DNA of 63,644 bases, the filler included, from a bacterium (GTDB lineage Bacteria; JBBIVP01): the NCBI GenBank assembly GCA_037439705.1. It is 20 parts of 20 records of this genome, joined end to end, with 100 filler letters (N's around TTAATTAATTAA, not from the genome) between each part and the next. Parts side by side here need not be neighbours in the genome. Positions count along the whole stretch, not along the records: positions 7,071 to 10,470 come from JBBIVP010000196.1; positions 10,571 to 13,914 come from JBBIVP010000197.1; positions 14,015 to 17,254 come from JBBIVP010000198.1; positions 17,355 to 20,576 come from JBBIVP010000199.1; 16 more parts are not named here. One strand, given 5' to 3'. The stretch's first letter is position 1; each line of letters begins with the position of its first letter. Below the pieces are notes generated by a model, which worked only from the letters and a program-made list of their open reading frames with translations, was not told where the DNA came from and did not search any database. Below, piece after piece: positions 10,201-20,006 of the stretch. The translations under genes and the position numbers were made by a program.

Positions 10201-10470
10201 TTTTTTAATTATTCTATTATTTTTGCCATTTCTTGCCTCATCAATGACCCTGGAGGTTTATTTCAGCCCGAAGGGAGGGTGTGCGGATGCAATTGAAAGA
10301 AGAATTGATTCTGCAAAAAAAGAGATTCTTGTAGCGATGTATACATTTACCAGTTCTCAACTTGCATGGGCACTTGTAAGGGCGAAAAAAAGGGGAGTGG
10401 ATGTGAAGGTGATTCTTGATTCAAGTCAGGCTGAAGAGAGGTTTTCAAAAGCGGAGTTTTTGAAGAATAA
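10187..10470 (+). CDS. Secreted phospholipase D/Nuc-family nuclease, 3' truncated
   Basis: Signal peptide then VYFSPKGGC...IDSAKKEILVAMYTFTS...AKKRGVDVKVILD. The HKD motif would lie beyond the contig end. Confidence 0.8.
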
Positions 10471-10570
10471 NNNNNNNNNNNNNNNNNNNNNNNNNNNNNN
10501 NNNNNNNNNNNNNNTTAATTAATTAANNNNNNNNNNNNNNNNNNNNNNNNNNNNNNNNNNNNNNNNNNNN

Positions 10571-10861
10571 AAAAGGAAGGAGATAATAAAGATATTCCTC
10601 TACCACGGAATTGTTATCGGAATAATCGGAGTAATTACAGGAACAATCCTTGCCCTTATAATATGTTTTCTTCTCGCAAAATATAAGTTCGTCTCACTTC
10701 CAGGAGATGTTTATTACATATCCACTCTCCCGGTAGATGTTCATCTGATAGATGTTCTCCTGATAAATTTTTCAGCCTTTATGATATGCATCCTTGCATC
10801 CATATATCCGTCAATCAAAGTTTCTAAAATATCGCCTGCTGAGGTTCTCAGGTATGAATGA
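10571..10861 (+). CDS. lolE: Lipoprotein-releasing ABC permease LolC/E, C-terminal part
   Basis: Manual translation: KIFLYHGIVIG...LPGDVYYISTLPV...ASIYPS...PAEVLRYE*; overlaps lolD. Confidence 0.88.
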   Translation, partial: KRKEIIKIFLYHGIVIGIIGVITGTILALIICFLLAKYKFVSLPGDVYYISTLPVDVHLIDVLLINFSAFMICILASIYPSIKVSKISPAEVLRYE

Positions 10862-11546
10862 AAAATTTATTGTTGAAATTGATGACCTGAAAAAAAATTT
10901 CAATCTCGGAGGAAAGACAATTGAGGTTCTGAAAGGTGTTAATCTCAAACTGAAAAAAGGAGAAGTTCTCGCAATTACCGGGGTGTCGGGTGTTGGAAAA
11001 ACAACATTTTTACACATAATAGGCGGAATTGAAAGACCAACTTCAGGAAGGGTCATAATAGATGGAATTGACATAACAGGACTTGACGAAGATGAACTTT
11101 CAGAAATAAGAGGGAGTAAAACTGCTTTTATCTTTCAATTTTACCATCTGCTTCCTGATTTTACAGTCATGGAAAATGTCATACTCCCGGGCCTCATCAA
11201 AAGACTTCCCCTTAAAAAGTGTAAAGAAAGGGCTCTTTTTCTTCTAAAAGAGGTGGGACTTCTCGAAAGAATAAACCATTTTCCATCTGAACTTTCGGGT
11301 GGTGAACAGCAGAGGGTTGCAATTGCAAGGGCTCTCCTTCTTGAACCATTGCTCATCCTTGCGGATGAACCTACCGGAAATCTTGACCCCTTAACAGCAG
11401 AAAAAGTGTTTGCACTTCTTCTTGAAGAGGTGAAGAAAAATCAGATATCCCTCATTGTAGCAACTCACAATTTTTATCTTGCTCAAAAGATTGAAAACAG
11501 GGTTGAAATGGTGGACGGAAAGTTTTCTTTTACAGGGAGGAAATAG
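10854..11546 (+). CDS. lolD: Lipoprotein-releasing ABC ATP-binding protein
   Basis: Walker A GVSGVGKTT, FQFYHLLPDF, LSGGEQQRVAIARA, ADEPTGNLD; lolE-lolD-bamA gene order. Confidence 0.9.
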   Translation: MNEKFIVEIDDLKKNFNLGGKTIEVLKGVNLKLKKGEVLAITGVSGVGKTTFLHIIGGIERPTSGRVIIDGIDITGLDEDELSEIRGSKTAFIFQFYHLLPDFTVMENVILPGLIKRLPLKKCKERALFLLKEVGLLERINHFPSELSGGEQQRVAIARALLLEPLLILADEPTGNLDPLTAEKVFALLLEEVKKNQISLIVATHNFYLAQKIENRVEMVDGKFSFTGRK

Positions 11547-13787
11547 TTGTTTCTGATAATTTTATTTTTAATAATAACTCTTAATGGAACATATCAAGTA
11601 GAACAAATAAAATTTGAAGGATTAAAAACGGTTGCTCCTTCATCAGTGTATGAGATTATACCGTTTAAACCGGGCGAAACCGTGGAAAAAGAAAAAATAA
11701 GGTCTGCAATAAAAAGCCTGTTTTCAAAGAGGTACTTTTCGGACATTTCTGCCTATTATGACGAAGAAAACAAAACCCTTATTTTCAAATTTAAAGAGAA
11801 ACCTCGTGTTTCAGATATTGAAATAAAAGTTGCAAAAAAGATAAAGGAAAAAGATATAAAGGAAAAGATAAAACTGAAGACCGGAGATTTCGTGGATTAT
11901 TCTGTAATAGCAGGGGATATATCAACAATTTCTGCTTTCTATAAGGAAAAGGGATTTCCCTTTGCAGAAATAACATACGAAATAAAAGAGGTAAAGGAAG
12001 GAAGGGCTAAAGTGACATATCTGATAGAAGAAGGAGATAAGCTTTATGTGAGGAAGATATATATAAACGGAAACAAAAATATATCTGATGAAGAAATCAA
12101 AAAATACCTTGAGACAAAAGAAAAGGGGTTTTTTTCATTTATCACATCTTCGGGAAGATTTGATGCTGAAAAACTTTCAACAGACGCAGAGAGGATAAGG
12201 GCAGTTTACCTTGAAAATGGTTATGCTGAGGTAAAAGTATCCGAACCCGAATTCTTCATTACACCGGATAGAAAATCCATAATAGTCATCTTTTCGGTAG
12301 AAGAGGGGGAAAAATACTATATTGGAAATATTGATATTGATGGAGATGTGCTTTTTGAGAAGAATTTTCTCCTTTCAAAATTGAAAACAATAAGCGGTGA
12401 ACTCTTTAAGGCAAGCAACATAAGAAATGACATTCTCTACCTCACATCCATTTATTCTGATTACGGATACGCTTTCGCAAATGTTGACCCGAAAACATTC
12501 TTTTCAAAAAAAGATAGAAAAATTGATATAATTTTTACCATAGAGAAGGGAAAACTTGTTTATGTGGACAGAATAAACATAAGAGGAAATACAAAGACAA
12601 GGGACAAGGTAATAAGGAGAGAGATGAGAATCTCAGAGGGGGATTTATATAATGAATCCGCTGTAAAATTCTCTCAGAGGAGATTATACGGACTTGGTTT
12701 CTTTGAAGAGGTCAAAATAAATCAGGATATAAAAGGTGAAGATAGAATGGACCTCAATGTAGAAATAAAAGAAGGAAGAACAGGCTCTTTCAGCGCAGGA
12801 GTTGGATTCAGTTCGGTGGAAAATTTCATTGCCACCGCTCAGGCATCAATCGGAAACTTTCTCGGATATGGACAGACACTCAGGTTCTCTTTTGAATTCG
12901 GGTCAAGGAGACAGCTCTACAGCCTTTCATTTTACGACCCGTACTTCCTTGATACGAACTGGGGATTCGGAGCAGAGGCTTTTAATTTTGAATACAGTTA
13001 TGTGGATTTCAGGAAACATTCAGTTGGTGGAGAAATAAGGCTCGGATATCTCATAGGAGAGTTCACGAGATTTTTCTGGACATACAGATATGAGTATGCG
13101 GACATAACAAGTCTATACGGAGAGAAGGGCTTCACAATAGAAAAGGGAAGCACTTCATCCGTATCATTAAGCCTCATAAGGGATACAAGAAACCATCCAT
13201 TTGACCCATCAACGGGCACAAGGACAACAGGAACTGTGGAATTTGCAGGTGGTCCATTTGGAGGAAGTTACGATTTTACAAAATTTTCCATCTCCCACAG
13301 CAGGTTTTACAATCCCTTCTGGAAATTCGTGTTTATGGTTGGAGGAAGGTTCTCATTTGGATTTGAAAATCATTTCAGAAGACTCCCATACTCTGAAAGA
13401 TACTTCATAGGAGGAATTGATACAGTCAGGGGATACAGATATTACGGGATAGGACCTGAAAGACCCGCGCTCCTCAATCCCTTTGACCCATCATCAGCAA
13501 GTGTATCCATCCATTCCGGCGGAAACAAGATGATAATTTTTAATGCAGAACTTCTCTTTCCGCTCATTGAAGAAGCGGGAATAAAGTGGGTTTTCTTTTT
13601 TGACGCAGGACAAGCCTATAATGAGGAAGAATGGATGGACCTGTCAAAAATGAAGATGGGGTGGGGCTTTGGAATAAGATGGTTTACTCCAATTGCTCCA
13701 TTCAGATTTGAGTGGGGATTTCCAATTAATCCTGCACCTGGGGAGGACAGAATGGTGTTTGAATTCACAATAGGAACATTTTTCTAA
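11547..13787 (+). CDS. bamA: Outer membrane protein assembly factor BamA
   Basis: POTRA repeats (GNTKTRDKVIRRE), VRGY motif, C-terminal barrel ending FEFTIGTFF. Confidence 0.95.
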   Translation: MFLIILFLIITLNGTYQVEQIKFEGLKTVAPSSVYEIIPFKPGETVEKEKIRSAIKSLFSKRYFSDISAYYDEENKTLIFKFKEKPRVSDIEIKVAKKIKEKDIKEKIKLKTGDFVDYSVIAGDISTISAFYKEKGFPFAEITYEIKEVKEGRAKVTYLIEEGDKLYVRKIYINGNKNISDEEIKKYLETKEKGFFSFITSSGRFDAEKLSTDAERIRAVYLENGYAEVKVSEPEFFITPDRKSIIVIFSVEEGEKYYIGNIDIDGDVLFEKNFLLSKLKTISGELFKASNIRNDILYLTSIYSDYGYAFANVDPKTFFSKKDRKIDIIFTIEKGKLVYVDRINIRGNTKTRDKVIRREMRISEGDLYNESAVKFSQRRLYGLGFFEEVKINQDIKGEDRMDLNVEIKEGRTGSFSAGVGFSSVENFIATAQASIGNFLGYGQTLRFSFEFGSRRQLYSLSFYDPYFLDTNWGFGAEAFNFEYSYVDFRKHSVGGEIRLGYLIGEFTRFFWTYRYEYADITSLYGEKGFTIEKGSTSSVSLSLIRDTRNHPFDPSTGTRTTGTVEFAGGPFGGSYDFTKFSISHSRFYNPFWKFVFMVGGRFSFGFENHFRRLPYSERYFIGGIDTVRGYRYYGIGPERPALLNPFDPSSASVSIHSGGNKMIIFNAELLFPLIEEAGIKWVFFFDAGQAYNEEEWMDLSKMKMGWGFGIRWFTPIAPFRFEWGFPINPAPGEDRMVFEFTIGTFF

Positions 13788-13824
13788 AAATTCTCATTGT
13801 TGTAAAATGTAAAAAAATTATGAA

Positions 13825-13898
13825 GCGCCCATAGCTCAGCTGGATAGAGCGCCGGACTTCGAATCCGGGGGTCGGGGGTTCAAATCCCCCTGGGCGCT
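13825..13898 (+). tRNA. tRNA-Arg, anticodon TCG (CCA not encoded)
   Basis: Acceptor stem GCGCCCA/TGGGCGC, D arm GCTC-AGCTGGATA-GAGC, anticodon arm CCGGA-CTTCGAA-TCCGG, T arm GGGGG-TTCAAAT-CCCCC. Confidence 0.95.
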
Positions 13899-14014
13899 AT
13901 ACCTATCGCATTCANNNNNNNNNNNNNNNNNNNNNNNNNNNNNNNNNNNNNNNNNNNNTTAATTAATTAANNNNNNNNNNNNNNNNNNNNNNNNNNNNNN
14001 NNNNNNNNNNNNNN

Positions 14015-14416
14015 GCTTTCAATTCCGCATTAGTGGGCATCGTTCATGCTATTGCACATAGTGTAGGTGGAAAATACAATGTCCCTCATGGACTTGCTAA
14101 TGGAATACTTCTCGTCCCGTCAATGAGATTCAACATGGACGCCTGTACTGAAAGGTACATAATGGTAGCGGAAGCATTTGGGGTTGAAAGGAAAAAAGAT
14201 GAAAGTGATGGAGAGTATCTTGAAAGGGCGCTCAATCGTATGGAAAAATTTATAAGTTCTCTTGGAATTCCCGTTAAACTCCGCGAGACAGGAGTTCCCG
14301 AAGATGGACTTGAAGAATGCGCTCAGATTGCACTGTCTGACCCTTCCATACTTACAAATCCAAAACCCGTGAATGACCCTTCGGAAATTTTAAAAATTTT
14401 GAAATCAGCATGGTAG
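14015..14416 (+). CDS. Iron-containing alcohol dehydrogenase, C-terminal part
   Basis: GIVHAIAHSVGG...VPHGLANGILL metal-binding motif and NP motif near the C-terminus. Confidence 0.9.
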   Translation, partial: AFNSALVGIVHAIAHSVGGKYNVPHGLANGILLVPSMRFNMDACTERYIMVAEAFGVERKKDESDGEYLERALNRMEKFISSLGIPVKLRETGVPEDGLEECAQIALSDPSILTNPKPVNDPSEILKILKSAW

Positions 14417-14426
14417 GAGGTGAATT

Positions 14427-15905
14427 ATGCTTGAGTACAAACTATTCATAGATGGAAAATGGGTAGATGGCTCAAAGGGTAATAAAATTCAGGCCATAAA
14501 TCCTGCCACTGAAGAGGTATTCGCGGAGGTGGCAAAGGCAGAGGTGGAGGATGTTGATAAAGCAGTAAGAGCAGCCAAATCTGCCCTTCCAAAATGGGCT
14601 GAGATGAAACCAGAAAAAAGAACGGAAATACTTCTAAAGGCCTGTTCCCTTATGAGAAAAAAAGCAGAAAATCTGGCAAAACTTGAAGTGATGGATTCAG
14701 GAGCAACTATAAGAAAGGCTCTCGGTGATATAAACTTTGGAATCCACAACTTTACCTACTTTGTTAAAAAAGCACCAGAACTTTTTATCAAGGAAATAGA
14801 ACCGATTGAAGCACTCTTTATAAATTTCAGTTATGTAAGAAGGGAACCGGTTGGAGTATGTGCGGGAATTATTCCGTGGAACTTTCCGTTTTTGATGGCC
14901 ATATGGAAGGCAGGACCTGCTCTGGCGATGGGAAATACTGTGGTCCTCAAACCCGCACCACAAACCTGTATCACTGCCCTTGAACTTGCAAAAATTTTTG
15001 AGGAATGCGAACTTCCTTCCGGAGTATTTAATGTTATAACAGGCGATGCTGAAATAGGAGAACCCCTCATCCTTCATCCCGATGTGAATAAGGTTGCGTT
15101 TACCGGTTCTACCGAGGTTGGAAAAAGGGTAATGGAACTCTGTGCAAGGGGATTAAAGAGGGCCACACTGGAACTCGGGGGAAAGAATCCATTTATAGTT
15201 CTTGACGACGCAAATCTGGAACTTGCTGTTGATGGAGCACTCTTTGCAAATTTTTATCACGCTGGACAGGTATGCACATCTGGTTCAAGGGTTCTCGTTC
15301 ATGAATCCATTTTTGAGGAGTTCAAAGAAAGGCTTCTGAAAAGAGTAAAGGGAATAAAGGTTGGAGACCCTATGGACCTTTCAACAGGAATGGGACCGCT
15401 TATTTCAAAGGAGCACAGGGAAAAGGTTGAATTTTATATAAAAAATGGAATTGAAGAGGGAGCAGAACTTCTTACAGGTGGAAAAAGACCGGAAGGATTC
15501 ATAAAAGGATATTTCATAGAGCCAACCATATTTTCCAATGTAAACAATAAAATCACCATTGCCCAAGAAGAAATTTTTGGACCCGTCAAGTCTCTCATTA
15601 AATTCTAAACCGAGGAGGAAGCAATTGAAATAGCAAAAGATTCAAGGTACGTACTTGCCGCCTCTGTGTGGTCTGAAAATTTAACAAGGGCTTCAATAGT
15701 TGCAAGGGCAATAAAAGCAGGAACAGTCTGGATAAACGAACATCACATCCTGAGCGAAAGAGCGCCATTTGGTGGATTTAAGGAAAGTGGAATTGGAAGG
15801 GAACTTGGAGAAAGCGGCTTACTTATATATGCTGAAGAAAAACATATCTCCACAAGCCTCGTCCACCAGAGGTGGAGGAGAATGTGGTATGATATACTTT
15901 TCTGA
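14427..15905 (+). CDS. NAD-dependent aldehyde dehydrogenase, interrupted by an in-frame TAA at 15606-15608
   Basis: IIPWNFP, FTGSTEVG, LELGGK, GQVC, EEIFGPV; after the stop the same frame continues with AGTVWIN and PFGGFKESGIGRE. Confidence 0.9.
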
Positions 15906-15940
15906 AAATCCATTCACATAAAAAGCCAACTCAAACACCC

Positions 15941-16169
15941 TGTACTGTACATAAAGATCATTACCACCCTGTGAGTGCCCGGTTTTTATTTTTTTCTTTT
16001 TTGGCGAAAGGTATATGCTGGTAAATTGGAATTACTTTATCAAGTATGAAAGGAGGGAAGATGGTGATGTCTTTTTTCACATAATGCAACCTTCTCATTC
16101 AATTTTACCCCTTTTAACTCAAATCTCCAACCCCTTTCCCCCTGGTAACAATGTCTATGTTCTTCTACA
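15941..16169 (+). mobile_element. MITE-like non-autonomous element A (IS481-like TGT...ACA ends)
   Basis: Left end TGTACTGTACATAAAGATCATTACCA and right end TGGTAACAATGTCTATGTTCTTCTACA form an imperfect inverted repeat. The left ~125 bp recurs inverted at about 61035-61156. Flanks are CACCC/AACCC. Confidence 0.65.
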
Positions 16170-16193
16170 AACCCTCCATTGACAACAAACAAC

Positions 16194-17254
16194 TGGAAAA
16201 GTTAAGATATGAGCGACATTAAGGAGTGAGAGGGAGAGATGAAGTTTTATTCTATATTTGGTAATATAAGGGGATTTTACAAGAGGAGGTTTCAGGATAT
16301 GCTTTATAGTTTGAGAAGATTTTGAGTGTATGAGATAGCGGAGCAAAGGATGAAGATAATCAAGTTTTACGAGGAGTATGGTGAGAAAGCGACGAAGGAG
16401 GCATTCGGGGCGGACAGGAAGGTTATTTACAGGTGGAGAAAGGGGCTTAAGGAAAATGGAGGTAGTATTTCCGCTTTGATTCCCCTTTCAACCTGTCCCC
16501 ACAGGATGAGGCGCTCACAGGTGCCAATTGAGATAATCAACTTTATCAGGGAGATGAGAGAGAAGTATCCACGGATAGGGAAGGAGAAGCTGAAGCCTCT
16601 TTTAGACAAGTTTTGTAATGAGAGGGGTTTAAAGACAATATCAGAATCCACCATTGGGAATATTATAAAAAGGCATAATTTCTTTTATCAGAAGGCTGGC
16701 AGGGTATATCATAATCCTTCCTCTAAATGGGCAAAGAAGGGCTTGAAAAAGAGGCTAAAAATTAAACATCCTATAAGGTCTGAAGATTTTGGGCATATTG
16801 TTTCAGATACGATAGAGATAATAACAAATGGGATAAAGAATTATTTTTATTCTGCCATAGATGCAAAGTTGAAGTTTGCCATAACATTCAGTTACAAGAG
16901 GCTCAATAGCAGGAATATGAAGGACTTTTATGAAAAATTTAAGAGTGTGTATCCATTGGACATTAAATCATGGCAATCAGACAATGGACCTGAAAATTTG
17001 GGAGAATTTGACGAACAATTAAAAAAAGATGGAATCCCTCACTACTTCTCTTATCCTCGTTGTCCTAAAATAAACACCTACATTGAAAGATATAACAGAA
17101 CCGTTAAAGAAGAATTTATCTACAATTACCTGGATATAATTGAAGACAAAGAGCTCTTTAACAAAAAACTTGCAGAGTATTTGCTCTTCTACAACTCAGA
17201 AAGACCTCACAAATCCCTCGGTCTAAAAAGCCCCTTAAATTTTCTCATTCAAAC
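16194..17254 (+). mobile_element. IS481-like insertion sequence (element B), right end cut off by the contig end
   Basis: Left end TGGAAAAGTTAAGATATGAGCGACAT is shared with 17641; encodes an rve/DDE transposase. Confidence 0.8.
16239..17254 (+). CDS. DDE integrase-core transposase with an in-frame TGA at 16323-16325
   Basis: MKFYSIFGNIRGFYKRRFQDMLYSLRRF*VYEIAEQR... then HTH region, VSDT, WQSDNGPEN, IERYNRTVKEEF, YNSERPHKSLG. Confidence 0.85.
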
Positions 17255-17354
17255 NNNNNNNNNNNNNNNNNNNNNNNNNNNNNNNNNNNNNNNNNNNNTT
17301 AATTAATTAANNNNNNNNNNNNNNNNNNNNNNNNNNNNNNNNNNNNNNNNNNNN

Positions 17355-17639
17355 GCCTTTTATCCCGTGTGCTCTTAACCACATTACTGAAAGAACCAGA
17401 AATGCAACGCTATTGGTACAACTTTTTTCATACCCGTATGCTATAAATCTCATCTTCCTTCTCACACATATAACAGTAAATTGATATCCCGAGAGATTGT
17501 TCCTGAAAAAAGACTCATAACACTTCCTCGGAAGTGCCTTAGTCAGGTCTTGAATTTTGACTTCTGTAATCCTTTTTTGTAAATTTTTCGTCAATTTTTA
17601 TTAAGATTGAATTTTTTCATATTCCCCTCTCTCCACACA
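17355..17639 (-). pseudogene. Degenerate fragment of a second IS481-like transposase
   Basis: KALPRKCYESFFRNNLSGYQFTVICVRRKMRFIAYGYEKSCTN...WLRAHGIKG resembles the segment between the first two catalytic Asp residues of integrase-core transposases. The N-terminus is missing or out of frame. Confidence 0.6.
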
Positions 17640-17640
17640 C

Positions 17641-17875
17641 TGGAAAAGTTAAGATATGCGCGACATTAAGGAGTGAGAGGGGGAGACGAAGTTTTATTCT
17701 ATATTTGGTAATATAAGGGGATTCTACAGGAGGAGGTTTCAGGATATGCTTTATAGTTTGAGAAGATTTTGAGTGTGTGAGATAAGAAACACTTCACAAA
17801 TCCATTGGTTTAAAAAGCCATTTAAATTATCTCATTCAAACTCATAAAATGTCGCATAAGTATATAACATGTACA
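17641..17875 (+). mobile_element. MITE: internal-deletion derivative of element B (235 bp)
   Basis: 17641-17784 is near-identical to 16194-16337. The sequence then jumps to a match of the transposase 3' end (about 17198-17254) and ends ATGTCGCATAAGTATATAACATGTACA, an imperfect inverted repeat of the left end. The start codon is ACG. Confidence 0.85.
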
Positions 17876-17971
17876 ATTATCTCAACTTCCTGATAAAATT
17901 TTGACAAAATCCCTCTGCTTACATTTTATTTTTTGACGAAAATCGTGTTTTGAAAAAATTTTGTAGAAACA

Positions 17972-20002
17972 TTATTCCTTCGTTTCCTCTTTTTGTTTTT
18001 TAGAAGTTTCTATTATGGTTTGTGCTATATGTGCTGGAACTTCTTCGTATCTTGAAAATTCTACGGTGAAGGTTCCCATTCCCTGTGTGAGGGATGTGAG
18101 TTTTGCAGCATAATCCCACATCTCCGCCATTGGAACCTCCGCTTTTATTACCTGATATCTGCCCTTTGTTTCTATTCCCATAATTTTTCCACGCCTTGAG
18201 TTTATGTCTCCTGTTATTGTTCCGAGAAACTCATCCGGAACGGAAATTTCAACCTTCATAATTGGTTCGAGAAGAACAGGATTTGCCTGTTCGTAAGCCT
18301 TTTTAAAAGCGAGTGCTCCTGCTATCTTGAAAGCAATATCTGATGAGTCAACCTCATGATAACTTCCATCATAAAGGGTTACCTTCACATCTACAACAGG
18401 ATATCCTGCAAGATTTCCTGCTTCCATAGCCTCAAGGACTCCTTTTTCTACAGCAGGAATAAAATTTTTGGGAATTACTCCTCCCACAATTTTGTTGATG
18501 AATTCGTAATTTTTCCCTCTGGGAAGTGGTTCAATTTCAAGCCAGCAATCTCCGTACTGTCCCCTTCCTCCTGATTGCTTCTTGTATTTTCCCTGAGCAT
18601 TTGCCTTTTTCTTTATCGTTTCTCTATACGGAACCTTTGGCTGGGAAAGTCCAATGTCAACATTAAATTTTCTTTTCAATCTTTCTATCGTTATATCAAG
18701 ATGGGTATCTCCCATTCCTCCCAGGATGAATTCCTTTGTCTGAGGTTCTCTATAAAAATGGAGATATGGGTCTTCTTCTAAAAGCTTTTGTATAGCAGGA
18801 TTTCCCCTGTTCTCTGCCTCTCTATCCTTGTAAACCACGGCTCGCAGATATGGTCTTGGAGGAATTTCAAGAGGCGGAAGGTTTACAGGATTTGCTTCGT
18901 TACAGAAAACATCTCCTGTTACCGGAGATTTCACCTTAATGAGCTGAACTATTTCACCAGGAAGCGCCTCCGGAAGAATGACCGGTTTGGTCCCCAATGG
19001 TCTGTAAATCTGTCCAATTTTTTCTTTTATTTTTTTGTTTGAAATGAGATATTCCCTCTCCCCCTGCATTTTCCCTGAAAGAATTCTTACAAATGTGCTT
19101 TTGCCAGCAAAATGGTCAACAGATGTTTTCAAAACAAATCCAGCAAAAGGGCTTTCAGATGAGGCTCCCAGGTCCTCGGGTGAAGGCATAATATCAATTA
19201 TGTATTCCATAACTTCTCTAATTCCTCTGTTGAGAAGAGCACTTCCACAGAAGAGGGGGAAGAACTTTCTTTCAATAACTGATTTTTTGAAGGCGTTAGA
19301 GAGTTCTTCAATTGACAGTTCTTTACCTTCAAGATATTTTTCCATCAATTTATCGTCAACTTCTACAATATTTTCTATAAGTTTTTCCCTTAGGGAGATT
19401 GCCATTTCCTGAAATTCAGCGGGAATATCCTTTGTTTCCGATTTTCCACTTCTGTCTTCTCCGAAAAGAAATAGTTTCATTTTCAGGACATCAACTATTC
19501 CCTTTCCTTTTTCAAACGGAAATTGGACCACAGTAGGGTTTATCCTCAGGAAGTTTGATATGGCTTCAAGAGATTTATCAAAATCCGCTTCAGGCTTATC
19601 AATCATATTTATGAATCCAAAACCCGGTTTTTTCAATTCTTCAATGTATTCCCATATTCTCAAAGCCACATCCCTAACACCCCATTCTGCACTCATCGTA
19701 AATATGAAAAAATCTGAATACCTGAGTATATTTTTTACTTCTGGTAAAAAATTGTTGAAACCGGGGGTATCAATGATGTAAAAACGGGTTTTTTTGAAAT
19801 CCAGTGAAAGGAGGTTGGGTCTTAAAGTTGCTTTTCTTTTCTTTTCTTCAGGTTCAGAATCAAGTATTCCAGGGTCTTCTGTCTGGTCTCTAAACCCCTT
19901 TAAGACTTTTCCATTCACAAGCATGCTTTCAATAATGGTGGTCTTTCCTGTTCCGTCATTTCCCACTACTGCAAAATTTCTTATTCCTGTTTTTTCTTCC
20001 AT
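17972..20002 (-). CDS. fusA: Elongation factor G paralogue (EF-G2-like)
   Basis: GNDGTGKTT, IDTPGF, GMGDTHL, PKVPYRETI, KKQSGGRGQYG, DGSYHEVDSS, LLEPIM. The G1 and switch I motifs are non-canonical and the gene is not in an rpsL-rpsG operon. Confidence 0.88.
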   Translation of the reverse strand: MEEKTGIRNFAVVGNDGTGKTTIIESMLVNGKVLKGFRDQTEDPGILDSEPEEKKRKATLRPNLLSLDFKKTRFYIIDTPGFNNFLPEVKNILRYSDFFIFTMSAEWGVRDVALRIWEYIEELKKPGFGFINMIDKPEADFDKSLEAISNFLRINPTVVQFPFEKGKGIVDVLKMKLFLFGEDRSGKSETKDIPAEFQEMAISLREKLIENIVEVDDKLMEKYLEGKELSIEELSNAFKKSVIERKFFPLFCGSALLNRGIREVMEYIIDIMPSPEDLGASSESPFAGFVLKTSVDHFAGKSTFVRILSGKMQGEREYLISNKKIKEKIGQIYRPLGTKPVILPEALPGEIVQLIKVKSPVTGDVFCNEANPVNLPPLEIPPRPYLRAVVYKDREAENRGNPAIQKLLEEDPYLHFYREPQTKEFILGGMGDTHLDITIERLKRKFNVDIGLSQPKVPYRETIKKKANAQGKYKKQSGGRGQYGDCWLEIEPLPRGKNYEFINKIVGGVIPKNFIPAVEKGVLEAMEAGNLAGYPVVDVKVTLYDGSYHEVDSSDIAFKIAGALAFKKAYEQANPVLLEPIMKVEISVPDEFLGTITGDINSRRGKIMGIETKGRYQVIKAEVPMAEMWDYAAKLTSLTQGMGTFTVEFSRYEEVPAHIAQTIIETSKKQKEETKE

Positions 20003-20006
20003 CTTT

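Noticed and set aside
15552..15653. Diversity-generating retroelement variable region
   Set aside because: No template repeat or reverse transcriptase in the window, changes are not adenine-specific, and the target is a metabolic enzyme.
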